Source: Squalus acanthias
Lineage: Eukaryota
Length of the DNA stretch: 64,000 bases
NCBI GenBank assembly: GCA_030390025.1
Contig: CM059452.1
Span: forward strand, 6,510,001 to 6,574,000
Reading direction: 5' to 3'
Part shown: one piece after another, positions 48,901 through 61,968 of the stretch
Layout: each line of letters starts with the position of its first letter
Position numbering within the stretch: position 1 is the stretch's first letter
The notes under the pieces: model-generated
Databases searched by the model: none
The model's input: the letters and a program-made list of their open reading frames with translations, nothing else
What the model was told of the DNA's origin: nothing
Position numbers and translations under genes: made by a program

Positions 48901-51900
48901 ACAGAGATAGGAACTAGTGTAATATAAACAGAGAAACGGTCTAGTGTAATATAAACAGAGACAGGATCTAGTGTAATATAAAAATAGACATGATCTAGTG
49001 TAATATAAACTGAGTCAAGTTCTAGTGTAATATCAACAGAGACATGATCTAGTGCAATATAAACAGTGACAAGGTCTAGTGCAGTAATAACTGAAACAGT
49101 GTCTAATGTAATATAAACAGAGACAGGGTCTAGTGTAATATAAACAGAGACAGGGTCTAGTGTAATATAAACACAGACAGGGTCTAGTGTAATATAAACA
49201 GAGACAGGGTCTAATTTAACGTAAACAGAGACAGGGTCTAGTGTAATATAAACAGAGACAGGGTTTAGAGTAATATAAACAGAAACAAGTTCTACCGCAG
49301 TAATAACTGAGACAGGGCCTAGTGTAATATAAACAGACACAGGGTCTAGTGCAATATAAACAGAGACAGGGTCTCGTGTAATATAAACAGAGACAGGGTC
49401 CAGTATAATATAAACAGAGACAGGATCTAGTGTAATATAAACTGAGTCAGGAACTAGTGTAATATCAACAGAGACCGGGTCGAGTGTAATGTGAACAGAG
49501 ACAGGGTCTAGTGTAATATAAACAGAGACCGGGTCTAGTGTAATAAAAACAGAGACAGGGTCCAGTTTAATATAAACAGAGACAGGATCTAGTGTAATAT
49601 AAACAGAGACAGAATCTAGCGTATATGAACAGTGACTGGGTCGAATGCAGTAATAACTGAGACAGGCTCTAGTGTGTTATAAACAGAGACATGGTCTAGT
49701 GCAGTAATAACTGAGACAGGAACTATTGTAATATTAGCAGTGATATGGTCTAGTGTAATGTAAACAGAGACAGTGTCTCGAGCAGTAATAACTGAGACAG
49801 GGTCTAGTGTAATATAAACAGAGACAGGGTCTAGTGTAATATAAACAGAGACAGTGTCTAGAGTAATATAAACAGAGACAGGGTCTAGAGTAATATAAAC
49901 AGAAACAAGGTCTACTGCAGTAATAACTGAGACAGGGCCTAGTGTAATATAAACAGACACAGAGTCTAGTGCAGTATAAACAGAGACAGGGTCCAGTGTA
50001 AATTCAACAGAGACAGGATCTAGTGTAATATAAACAGTGACAAGGTCTAGTGCAGTAATAACTGAGACAGTGACTAATTTAATATAAACAGAGACAGGGT
50101 CTAGTGTGATATAAACAGAGACAGGGTCTAGTGTAATATAAACACAGACAGGGTCTAGTGTAATATAAACAGAGACAGGGTCTAGTGTAATATAAACAGA
50201 GACAGGGTCTAGTGTAATATAAACAGAGACAGGGTCTAGAGTAATATAAACAGAAACAAGTTCTACCGCAGTAATAACTGAGACAGGGCCTAGTGTAATA
50301 TAAACAGACACAGGGTCTAGTGCAATATAAACAGAGACAGGGTCTCGTGTAATATAAACAGAGACAGGGTCCAGTATAATATAAACAGAGACAGGATCTA
50401 GTGTAATATAAACTGAGTCAGGAACTAATGTAATATCAACAGAGACCGGGTCGAGTGTAATGTGAACAGAGACAGGGTCTAGTGTAATATAAACAGAGAC
50501 CGGGTCTAGTGTAATATAAACAGAGACAGGGTCCAGTTTAATATAAACAGAGACAGGATCTAGTGTAATATAAACAGAGACAGAGTCTAGTGTAATATGA
50601 ACAGTGACTGGGTCGAATGCAGTAATAACTGAGACAGGCTCTAGTGTGTTATAAACAGAGACATGGTCTAGTGCAGTAATAACTGAGACAGGAACTATTG
50701 TAATATTAGCAGTGATATGGTCTAGTGTAATGTAAACAGAGACAGTGTCTCGAGCAGTAATAACTGAGACAGGGTCTAGTGTAATATAAATAGGGACAAG
50801 TTCTAGTGCAGTTAGAACTGAGACAGGGTCTAGTTTAATATAAACACAGACAGGTTCTAGTGCAGTAATAACTGAGACAGGGCCTCGTGTAATATAAACA
50901 GTGACAAGGTCTAGTGCAGTAATAACTGAGACAGTGTCTAATGTAATATAAACAGAGACAGGGTCTAGTGTAATATTTAACAGAGACAGGGTCCAGTATA
51001 ATATAAACAGTGACAGGATCTAGTGTAATATAAACTGAGACAGGAACTTGTGTAATATGAACAGTGAAACGGTCTAGTGTAATATAAACGGAGACAGGGT
51101 CTAGTGTAATATAAATACAGACAGGGTCTAGTGTAATATAAATAGAGACAGGATCTAGTGTAATATAAACAGAGACAGGGTCTAGTGTAATACAAACAGA
51201 GACAGGGTCTATTAAAATATAAACAGAGACAGGGTCTAGTGTAAGATAAACAGAGATAGGAACTAGTGTAATATAAACAGAGAAACGGTCTAGTGTAATA
51301 TAAACAGAGACAGGATCCAGTGTAATATAAAAATAGACATGATCGAGTGTAATATAAACTGAGTCAAGTTCTAGTGTAATATCAACAGAGACATGATCTA
51401 GTGCAATATAAACAGTGACAAGGTCTAGTGCAGTAATAACTGAAACAGTGTCTAATGTAATATAAACAGAGACAGGGTCTAGTGTAATATAAACAGAGAC
51501 AGGGTCTAGTGTAATATAAACACAGACAGGGTCTAGTGTAATATAAACAGAGACAGGGTCCAGTGTAATATAAACAGAGACAGGATCTAGTGTAATATAA
51601 ACAGAGACAGAGTCTAGTGTAATATAAACAGTGACTGGGTCGAATGCAGTTATAACTGAGACAGGCTCTAGTGTGTTATAAACAGAGACAGGGTCTAGTG
51701 CAGTAATAAATGAGACAGGGCCTCGTGTAATATAAACAGTGACAAGGTCTAGTGCAGAAATAACTGAGACAGTGTCTAATGTAATATGAACAGAGACAGG
51801 GTCTAGTGTAATATAAACAGAGACAGGGTCTAGTGTAATGTAAACAGAGACAGGGTCTAGTGTAATATAAGCAGAGACCGTGTCTAGTGTAATATAAACA

Positions 51901-54004
51901 GCGACAGGGTCCAGTGTAATATAAACAGAGACAGGATCTAGTGTAATATAAACAGAGACAGAGTCTAGTGTAATATGAACAGTGACTGGGTCGAATGCAG
52001 TAATAACTGAGACAGGCTCTAGTGTGTTATAAACAGAGACAGGGTCTAGTGCAGTAATAACTGAGACAGGGCCTCGTGTAATATAAACGGAGACCTGGTC
52101 CAGTGCAGTAATAACTGAGACAGGGCCTCGTGTAATATAAACAGAAACAGGTTCTAGTGCACTAATAACTGAGATAGGAACTATTGTAATATTAGCAGTG
52201 ATATGGTCTAGTGTAATGTAAACAGAGACAGGGTCTCGTGCAGTAATAACTGAGACAGGGTCTAGTTTAATATAAACACAGACAGGTTCTAGTGCAGTAA
52301 AAACTGAGACAGGGCCTCGTGTAATATAAACAGTGACAAGGTCTAGTGCAGTAATAACTGAGACAGCGCCTCGTGTAATATAAACAGAAACAGGTTCTAG
52401 TGCTGTAATAAATGAGACAGGAACTATTGTAATATTAGCAGTGATATGGTCTAGTGTAACGTAAACAGAGACAGGGTCTCGTGCAGTAATAACAGAGACA
52501 GGGTCTAGTGTAATATAAATAGGGACAGGTTCTAGTGCAGTAATAACTGAGACAGGGTCTAGTTTAATATAAACACAGACATGTTCCAGTGCAGTAATAA
52601 CTGAGACAGGGCCTCGTGTAATATAAACAGTGACAAGGTCTAGTGCAGTAATAACTGAGACAGTGACTAATTTAATATAAACAGAGACAGGGTCTAGTGT
52701 GATATAAACAGAGACAGGGTCTAGTGTAATACAAACAGAGACAGGGTCTAGTGTAATATAAACAGAGACCGGGTCTAGTGTAATATAAACAGAGACAGGG
52801 TCCAGTTTAATATAAACAGATACAGGATCTAGTGTAATATAAACAGAGACAGAGTCTAGTGTAATATGAACAGTGACTGGGTCGAATGCAGTAATAACTG
52901 AGACAGGCTCTAGTGTGTTATAAACAGAGACACGGTCTAGTGCAGTAATAACTGAGACACCGCCTCGTGTAATATAAACAGAAACAGGTTCTAGTGCTGT
53001 AATAAATGAGACAGGAACTATTGTAATATTAGCAGTGATATGGTCTAGTGTAACGTAAACAGAGACAGGGTCTCGTGCAGTAATAACAGAGACAGAGTCT
53101 AGTGTAATATAAATAGGGACAGGTTCTAGTGCAGTAATAACTGAGACAGGGTCTAGTTTAATATAAACACAGACATGTTCTAGTGCAGTAATAACTGAGA
53201 AAGGGCCTCGTGTAATATAAACAGTGACAAGGTCTAGTGCAGTAATAACTGAGACAGTGACTAATTTTATATAAACAGAGACAGGGTCTAGTGTGATATA
53301 AACAGAGACAGGGTCTAGTGTAATATAAACAGAGACAGGGTCTAGTGTAATATAAACAGAGACAGGGTCTAGTGTAATATAAACAGAGACAGGGTCTAGT
53401 GTAATATAAACAGAGACAGGGTCTAGTGTAATATAAACAGAGACAGGGTCTAGAGTAATATAAACAGAAACAAGGTCTACTGCAGTAATAACTGAGACAG
53501 GGCCTAGTGTAATATAAACAGACAGAGTCTAGTGCAGTATAAACAGAGACAGGGTCCAGTGTAACTTCAACAGAGACAGGATCTAGTGTAATATAAACAG
53601 AGACTGGGTCTCGTGTAATATAAACAGAGACAGGGTCCAGTATAATATAAACAGAGAGAGGATTTAGCTTAAAATAAACTGAGACATGAACTAGTGTAAT
53701 ATAAGCAGAGAAACGGTCTAGTGTAATATAAACAGAGACAGGCTCTAGTGGAATATAAATACAGACAGGGTCTAGTGTAATATAAACAGAGACATGGTCT
53801 AGTGTAATATAAACAGAGACATGGTCTAGTGTAATATAAACAGAGACAGGGTCTATTATAATATAAAAAGAGACAGGATCTAGTGTAATATAAACAGAGA
53901 CATGGTCTCGTGTAATATAAACAGAGACACGGTCTATTATAATATAAACAGAGACAGGGTCTAGTGTAATATAAACAGAGATAGGGACTAGTGTAATATA
54001 AACT
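33988..54004 (+). repeat. 27-bp satellite array, about 20 kb (roughly 700 units), with higher-order repeats
   Basis: Consensus AGTGTAATATAAACAGAGACAGGGTCT; second subtype AGTGCAGTAATAACTGAGACAGGGTCT. Confidence 0.97.
35678..36418. mobile_element. 741-bp MITE inserted in the satellite, 3-bp TSD AAT (PIF/Harbinger-like)
   Basis: Ends GGGCCGAAAATTGATC..GATCAATTTCTGGGCC; AAT at 35675-35677 and 36419-36421; removing the element restores a satellite unit. Confidence 0.88.
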
Positions 54005-54784
54005 CACTGAACCTCCCTGTTCCCTCTCTCTGTCTGTCTCAGACAGCACCTAACTCACTGGACCTCCCTCCTCCCTCTCTCTGTCTCAGACAGCACCGAA
54101 CACACTGAAACTCCCTCCTCCCACATTAAACTCCATCTGCCAATTTTTTTGCCCAATCACTTAACCTGCCTATATCCCTTTGGAGATTCTTTGTGACCTC
54201 TTCACAACTTGCTTTCCCACCTAAAGAGGGATAACATAGAGAAAGAGAGGAAGAAAAGGAGAAATAAAGGAGAGAAAGAAAGAGAGAAAGAAGTAAAGAG
54301 CGTTAAATTGTAGTCATCTCTTCTGTTCAACCAGTGAACTGGCGCCAGACCAGCCAATCAAACAATCAGCCGTAATATTGTGAACCTGACCTGTATAGGC
54401 GCGCATCGCGTTTCACAGTAAATCCACGTTTCCGACATTACAACAGTGACTACACTTCAAAACTACTTCGTTGGCTGTAAAGCGTTTGGGACGTCCTGAG
54501 GTGGTGAAAAGCGCTGTATAAAGGCAAGTACTTCTTTCTATTTGAGCACAATATTGAGGTTTTCATCTACCGTATTATGATGGCATAATAAGTTGCGGCA
54601 TTTCCACAGAATTAAATATATCCGTTTCCTAGCCCTGGTTCTGCTATAGGCAGTAGAAGAGATTTTGCTCCAGCAAATTCTACATTTATTCCAAATGCTG
54701 AATATGAGGGTCGGTTCCCACCATGTGCTGAGTACCGAAAGATCTGATTTACTATTTCGTTACCCATAATGCAACAGAGTTAAA

Positions 54785-55030
54785 AACATAAGAACATAAG
54801 AAATAAGAGCAGGAGTGGGCCATACGTCCCCTCGAGCCTGCTCCGCCATTCAATAAGATCATGGCTGATCATCGGCCTCAACTGCACTTTCCTGCACTAT
54901 CCCCATATCCCTTGATTCCCCTAGAGTCCAAAAGTCTATCTATCTCAGACTTGAATATACTCAAAGACTCAGCATTCACAGCCCTCTGGGGCAAAGAGTA
55001 CAAAGGACTCTCTGAGTGAAGTTAAAAGAA
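54785..55030 (-). mobile_element. CR1 3' fragment
   Basis: Paralog of 17975-18215. Confidence 0.8.
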
Positions 55031-55204
55031 AGCTTAACATTTCTGGCATAACTCACGAAGTTTAACAATATAATTGCGGACTGTGCCACCGCCCTTTGCC
55101 CAAACTGTTCGTTTTCGGAACCGATTTGACTGTCACCCAATCTACCCAGGCTTTGTTCAGAGAGGAGATATTGTAGGAGAGCGGGGCCTTTCCCTCACAC
55201 TGTG

Positions 55205-55689
55205 GCCCACGGCACAGTAATAGATTCCGGTATCCGCGAACTCCGCCTGGCCGCTGCCGAGTGTGCTCAGACTTTGATCCCGGTCGGTGTGGATATTAAA
55301 CCGGCCTTGGTGGCGCTCTCCTTTGAATTCACAATGGATGTATCCCGGGGCCGTCGCTCACCAGTCGGCTGTACCAACAGATGCTGTCGGTCGTGCTGAA
55401 CCCTCACTGGATCCTGACGGGGTTTCCTTCCACTGCGAACTCTCAGGCAGGCTGAGAAATCTGGACCAAATTTGGAGCATCTTTGGACACAATTTACTAA
55501 TTACACAGAATGTACAGCACAGAAACAGTCGTGCGTCCCAACTGGTCAATACCTGTCATTATGCTCCACACGAGTCTCCTCCCAACCCCATTGACATTGA
55601 AGTACTGCAGTTTATAGAGCAGAAAGATTAAAACCAGATTGGTAATACTCACAGGATAATACGAGCAGGAAGAGGTGAATAGCCCCCAT
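55205..55689 (-). pseudogene. TCR V pseudogene (paralog of 17311)
   Basis: Donor intact, but two TGA stops (one at Cys23) and a 1-bp insertion; RSS 55166-55204. Confidence 0.88.
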
Positions 55690-56224
55690 GGCTGATTTAT
55701 ACTGTTTACTCAAGGCTCCGTCTCACTCTGTATTGAAGCTGGCGGTGAATATTGGAGGCTGCAACTTGCCCAGACTCAATGAGACCGCGCTCTCTACTTC
55801 TGTATAACTTCACAGCGACCCCTGCAATAGTACAGGCGATAGGAGATATCGCGATAGAAGGCCACGCTTTGTCATGTCAGTTTCGCTGTCAGTCATACGA
55901 GATCTGCTAGAGTTAATGTTAGTGACAGTCTCACATCTTCTGCTTCAGGGGAAACTCAATCGGTCATCAATATATCGATTACTTTGCCCAGCTGGCTCGT
56001 GTAATCAGAAGAATCACATTGGACCTGTGACAGTTCTCTGAGAAAACTGTTCATTTAGTCCAATTCTTCTCCTGTTTCAATATACACGTGAGTTTCTGTT
56101 TCAAATATTAACCTATTTACATTTTAAATGTTATTATGGTTTCGGCTTCCTCGCTGCTTTTGGTTGGGAATTTCATGTCCCAACAATCCTCTGGGTCAAA
56201 AAAGGAACCTGTGTTCTCAGGGTA

Positions 56225-57177
56225 GGGATTTTAGTACTGAGTACAGTAATAACAGGGAGACACCAGCAGAGGGAGATAGATAAAGGAGTGACAGAATTTA
56301 GTGATACAGAGACACGAATAGTGGGAGCTAGATAAATGTTTGACTGAGCACAGTTATACAGAGAAACCTCATCAGAAGGAGATTGATAAAGGTGTGACGG
56401 AGTACAGTGAGTGATACAGAGAGACACCAACAGAAAAGTTAAATAAAGGTGCAACCGGGTATTGTGATGCAGAGAGACACCAACAGAGGGAGATAGATAA
56501 AGGTGTGATTGAGTACAGTGATATAGAGAGACACCAACAGAAGGAGATAGATAAAGATGAGACTGAGTACAGTGAGTGATACAGAGAGACACCGACAGGG
56601 AGAGATAGATAAGGGTGTGACTGCGTACAGTGAGTGATAAGAGAGGGAGATAGATAAAGGTGAGACTGAGTACAGTTAGTGATAAGAGAGGGAGATAGAT
56701 AAAGGTGAGACTGAGTAGAGTTAGTGATACAGAGAGACAACAACAGAGGGAGATCGATAAAGGTGTGACTGAGTACAGTTAGTGATAAGAGAGGGAGATA
56801 GATAAAGGTGAGACTGAGTACAGTGAGTGATAAGAGAGGGAGATAGATAAAGGTGAGACTGAGTACAATTTGTGATACAGAGAGACAACAACAGAGGGAG
56901 ATCGATAAAGGTGTGACTAAGGAGAGTGAAGCAAGGAGACACCAACATAGGGAAGCAGCAGCTTTGTGAGATACACTGAGTGTGAGCGGCCCGGTGCAAG
57001 CTCAGAGACAGTGTGAGCTGGTGTCAGTGAGAAACACTGAGTGTGGGCGGCCCGGTGTGAGCTCAGAGACAGTGTGAGCTGGTGTCAGTGAGAAACACTG
57101 AGTGTGGGCGGCCCGGTGTGAGCTCAGAGACAGTGTGAGCTGGTGTCAGTGAGAAACACTGAGTGTGGGCGGCCCGG
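56225..57177. repeat. Two adjacent minisatellites (GA-rich degenerate; 61-bp x about 3)
   Basis: Paralogs of 15882-16775 with different copy numbers. Confidence 0.85.
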
Positions 57178-57355
57178 GTTGGGTAAACCCTGAGACACAG
57201 CTTGTTTAATTATTTCGACAGGAAGAAGCCTCTGATTTCAACATGAAGCGGGTGTTTGTCTCCTTGTTAATTATCCTGAATATAACATCCGTGTCCTGGT
57301 TCTAACCCGCACTCCGTGTACAATTCTTTCAGCAGCGTTTTCATCTGATCGGATA

Positions 57356-57690
57356 ATACTCCGGATTTACAGCGTTTCCCTGCTGATTTACACTCTGATC
57401 TGCACGGATGTGAGCGGTGAAGATGAGGTGAAGCAGTTCCCTCGGCGGGTGGTTGTTAGTGAAGAGAGAATCCTGTCCATCAACTGCTCCGCTACCGCTG
57501 AGTTTAACGTCCTGCGCTGGTACACACAGCACCCGGATCTGACCCTCCAGCATCTGGTGATGGCCACAAGCGGGGCCGATCAACACGGGAGGATCACTGC
57601 TTCAATCGGGGGAGGCAATAAACTCAGTGTCCCTGACTGTGAGAGACGCGCGAGTGACAGACAGCGCCACCTATCTCTGCGCCGTGAGCC
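57356..57690 (+). pseudogene. TCR V pseudogene (paralog of 15369-15702)
   Basis: ATG>ATA; 1-bp insertion near 57630; ends DSATYLCAVSP; RSS 57691-57729. Confidence 0.85.
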
Positions 57691-58463
57691 CACAGTGTAA
57701 CAAACAGGCGGAGAGTCCGCACAGAAACCTGCCCCGAGGGGGAGCGCCGCTCTGCTGTGTTTGGAGTAACGGGATTGGGAGGGGCCCGGTTATAATAATC
57801 GGAGGGCAGAGGGACTGAGCACAGAACAATGATGATATATTGAAGAGAGAGATTTAAAGAAAGTGAGAAATGAAGAGAGTTGGAAACATAGACAGAAGAA
57901 AAGAAAGAGAAAACACCAAAGAGAGAATGAGAGAAAGTGAGAAATAACGAGTGAGAAACACAAAGCTAAAACATGAGAGAAAGCCATAAAGAAAGAGATT
58001 CAGAAATAAAGTAAAATGTCCTTTCCTTTAAATTAATTCACATTTCCCTTCGCCCTATTTACAAAGCTGAATTGTCTGAAACAATACACATTGTCTCCCA
58101 ATAACAGGCCTCTGGAAACTGCCCCATCGATAAACTCACACTTTATTCTGTCCATTATCCTGACAGTGTGAAATTCCCAGAGTCACCGGCAGAGGGCGCC
58201 GTGGTCACATGATTCTTGTCGTTATCAACTGGAAATTATAGAGACAAATCTTGCGGTGACACTGCCCGCGGCAGCCCCGCCCACAGCTTCCGTTTGCTGC
58301 TCTCGCTCTGACCCGCCTTGTTTGCCCTGTGTTATTGGAGAGATTGCTGCCGCTGTTCCCTGTTTGGCATTGGTTGTTTCAGCAGTGCAGTGGCGCGGTG
58401 GTCTTTATTTCTGCTTTGACAGAGGATTTCCCGGACAGCAGAGTTATGGACCCAGGGAGTGTC

Positions 58464-58963
58464 ATGCGGAACCGTCTCGTACCGCTCCTCATCATTATAT
58501 TACTTGTCAGTAAGTATTTCCTTCCCAGTAAAAATGCATTCTTCCCCCGACTGCTGTAACCCAGGTGTTAGTATTGGTGAAATGATGGTGATGATGATGG
58601 TTATGTTAATTGAGGTGATGATGATGGTGAATATTACTATTATGTCATTTTAGAATGGAGCCACCAAGACACAGTGGAACAGCCGGTTCCTGAAATGACA
58701 GTTGAAGAGGAAAGTAATGTCACTCTAACCGGCACCGTGAAAACAAGCACTACTACCCCTACAGTGTTCTGGTACAGTCAACACCCCGGGCAGCCTCCAC
58801 AGTACGTGGTTTATATTATTGGAGGGATAGTAAACAGGAACCGCGACTTCACTGACATAGACCGATTCTCTTCTACATTTAATAAAACTACCAAGATTAC
58901 CGAGCTAACGATCAGCAACGCCCTGATCTCCGACACCGCCGTGTATTTCTGTGCCATGAGACC
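58464..58963 (+). CDS. TCR alpha/delta V gene segment, open but first Cys is Gly (leader 58464-58509, V exon 58654-58963)
   Basis: MRNRLVPLLIIILLV; VTLTGTVKT..DTAVYFCAMRP; RSS 58964-59003 CACACTG-24-ACAAAAACC. Confidence 0.85.
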
Positions 58964-60236
58964 CACACTGCTGCAGAGATACAGCGGATCCCGTACAAAA
59001 ACCCCACACTGAGAGTTCCAGTTAGTGCTCACCAGAGGGCGCTCTCACCCCGCTAAACAGAAGCGACAATTCAGACTCCACAGTGAGAGAGAGACAGAGA
59101 CCTGCGAAGAACTTGTGTCCGTTTCTTTACCAATAACCTGCTGCTGCTCTGTAGCACAAACACTTTACAACAAACTCAAATGGGTATATTGAATCGATGT
59201 TAAACAGCCTGCTTGTGGCGAGGTTACCGGGACCAGCTTCAACCGGTCATTATTTTCCAATATTACAAACCAAACTTTACATCCTCCTTCTGTCTTCCTT
59301 TTATTTATTTTTCGATATAATTATCTCTTATCTTTACATAGAGATTGAGGGAGACACACCGACACAGAGGCGGACCGAGCAATTTCCGCGGACCAAAGGT
59401 TTACATTATCTCTCTATACATTGGTGTAACTCTTGTGTAGGATGCTGCCTTCCCTATAAAAAGGAAATTGCAAAAGGGAATTTGATATATCCTTGAAAAG
59501 GAAACATTTTCAGGGCTATGGGGAAAGAGCAGGGCAGTGGTACTAACAGCACAGGCACAACGGGGCAAAGGTCACCTTCTGTGCTGTAAGATTCTATGTG
59601 TCTATGACATGAGCTCAGAAGGAGAGTTAAAGAGACACTGGGCGGTAACAGTGACCAAGGAGAGCAGTCAGCATGTAGTTTCTGGCTCCGTCCAATTGGT
59701 GGCGCCGTGGAGCGAATTTCCATAGTCTCTCGGTCGTTATTTGCTATATCAAAGATAATTTATTGTCCCCGGGTAACGCTAAGGGCAGCTCAACACTGTC
59801 TATGTAAAATGCCACTGCTACATGCAATGAACTAAATGACTAAGGAAGGGGGATAGTTTCTCTGCTCACTGAGTGCGGGGAATGGTAGATTGTTCCACGA
59901 AGATTTCCTCTGGTCTCCCTCTAAATGAAACTTAAATACGTTTTTTGTGAAAATCAGTTATTCAAAAAGGAAGAGTTTATGATTTCCCTAGAAATACCGA
60001 CCAGAGGAACCTCCATTGAAACATTTCGGATGTTGCTGCACACACAGTGACCAGAGCAATTCTCCCCGCTCCCTGATGGTGTGAAATTATCACAAACGGA
60101 TGTGACATAGTTGTAGGGTCACTTCCCTTTCTATGCCTGTCAAGGGGTTAAATTGCTCAGCCTGATCCGGTACTGGTGGCAGTTTTTGCTACAGTAGTGA
60201 AGGGGTCGATGCTCATATTGAGACCCGCGGAGAGCG

Positions 60237-60680
60237 ATGTGTTTCCCTGTTTATTTCAGTGTGGTGTTGGTGCTCTCTGTGCTGTGTAAGTACCTGTGGA
60301 ATGCGAGTACAAAACACACCAATAGGTCCGGTTAGAGGGGCGGATATTTATAAATGATCAATTTCTCTTCCAGCTAACAGCGTTGGCGGCGATTCCGTGC
60401 ACCAAGACTATTCGACCAGGACGGTGCGGGAAGGAGAAACGGTGACGTTGAATTGTAGTTTTACAACAACAGATACAAACCCTCGACTTTTCTGGTACCG
60501 GCAAATTTCCGGTCGGCCTCCGGTGAACGTGTTGCTTATCACCATATACGGCAGCTTCCCAGCCGACTTCGCCAAGGACCGTTTCACAGCAGAGCTGAGC
60601 GCAGAAGAGGGCGCGGTTCGGCTGACAGTTTCTGGGTTGGAGCTGTCAGACGGCGCCGTGTATTACTGCGCTCTGAGACC
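60237..60680 (+). CDS. TCR alpha/delta V gene segment, intact (leader 60237-60285, V exon 60374-60680)
   Basis: MCFPVYFSVVLVLSVL; DSVHQDY..LNCSFT..LFWYRQ..DGAVYYCALRP; RSS 60681-60719 CACAGCT-23-ACAAAAACT. Confidence 0.92.
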
Positions 60681-61426
60681 CACAGCTGCACAGCTCTGTG
60701 CTCGCCCTGTACAAAAACTGCAGCACACCGTGTTTAAATAGAACAGTGTGTGGCTGGAATACCCGCCTGTGATGACCTGATTAGGACAGTTACTGTCAGG
60801 ACAGAATATTCCGACAGGGCAGCTCCCAGCAGCTCTGAATAGAGGAGTATGGTTTTAGATTTCATTCACTCTATAATGAGGAATGAACAGGAGGAAACCC
60901 GCGCAGGTTTAATAGGCCAATGTACCGTGTAATGTCTGTTCAATTTCAAGTTTCCCTGCTCACTGCCGCTGTGTTTGTTTCATTTTCACACCCCTTAAAC
61001 CAGCACAGAAGTGTGCAGCTTTGCTTAGGTTTGGGATTATATTCAAAGGGCTCTGAACCTTCCCTTTTCTGAGTATTGGTTAATTTCTGTCGGTGTTTGA
61101 CGGCTCACAGAGAGCAATAATCTCATTCTTGTAACATTCGTGTTTACACCGAGGCTTCCACAGTGTGCGGCAGAGTTCTAGTGACATAGTGAACGCATTC
61201 TACAATAATGATTACTGATTGTACTAAACTAGCGATCAGACGAGATTTCCCGCTGTGTTTGGGATGTCGCTAACGCAGAGAGACCAGAGGAAATCTTCTC
61301 CTTGTGTGTCGCCAGCAAACCCGACCCCCGTCAACCACCTCAGTCTGAATAGTGACAGTGAGTCAAGTAAACTCAATATCTTCATTTATATTCAAATATT
61401 TTTGTCACTTTGAGGCGACTCTCAGC

Positions 61427-61860
61427 GTCAATAAAAGATCACGCTGTCTCTCCGGTCAATAAAAGATCAAGCTGTCTCTCGGGTCAATTAGAAATCAAGC
61501 TGTCTCTCCGGTCAATCAGAGATCAAGCTGTCTCTCGGGTCAATTAGAAATCAAGCTGTCTCTCAGGTCAATTGGAGATCAAGCAGTCTCTCAGGTCAAT
61601 TGGAGATCAAGCTGTCTCTCCGGTCAATTAGAGATCAAGCTGTCTCTCCGGTCAATTAGAGATCAAGCTGTCTCTCCGGTCAATTAGAGATCAAGCTGTC
61701 TCTCCGGTCAATTGGAGATCAAGCTGTCTCTCCGGTCAATTAGAGATCAAACTGTCTCTCAGGTCAATTGGAGATCAAACTGTCTCTGAAATCAATTGGA
61801 GATCAAGTTGTCTCTCAGGTCAATTAGAGATCAAGCTGTGTCTCGGGTCAATGAGAGATT
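61427..61860. repeat. 28-bp minisatellite (about 15 units)
   Basis: GAGATCAAGCTGTCTCTCCGGTCAATTA; GTCAAT/ATCAAT recurs every 28 bp from 61427 to 61847. Confidence 0.92.
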
Positions 61861-61943
61861 ACGGTGTATTTTTTTATTAATATTTCTCTCTCTGATCAGC
61901 AGAATGTGACGTTAGTGGATGATTCAGTACTCTGCAACAAACA

Positions 61944-61968
61944 CACCTGTGGTTAGGAAGTGACATCA
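61944..61968 (+). promoter_or_regulatory. V promoter composite: E-box/RUNX/ETS/CRE-like decamer
   Basis: CACCTG, TGTGGT, GGAAG and AGTGACATCA packed into 25 bp, about 155 bp upstream of the ATG. Confidence 0.65.

Noticed and set aside
33988-54004. CRISPR array or array of RSSs
   Set aside because: No unique spacers and no cas genes in a vertebrate context; the units contain CAC but no nonamer at 12 or 23 bp.
33914-54049. Very long minus-strand ORFs of (VSVYITLDP)n as a repeat protein
   Set aside because: The 27-bp unit is a multiple of 3 and stop-free in that frame, so openness is expected. Starts are GTG or lie inside a MITE, stops and frameshifts are copied by the higher-order repeats, and there is no unique domain.
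60689-60719. Second CACAGCT within the RSS spacer as a nested 12-RSS
   Set aside because: The distance to the nonamer is 15 bp, not 12.
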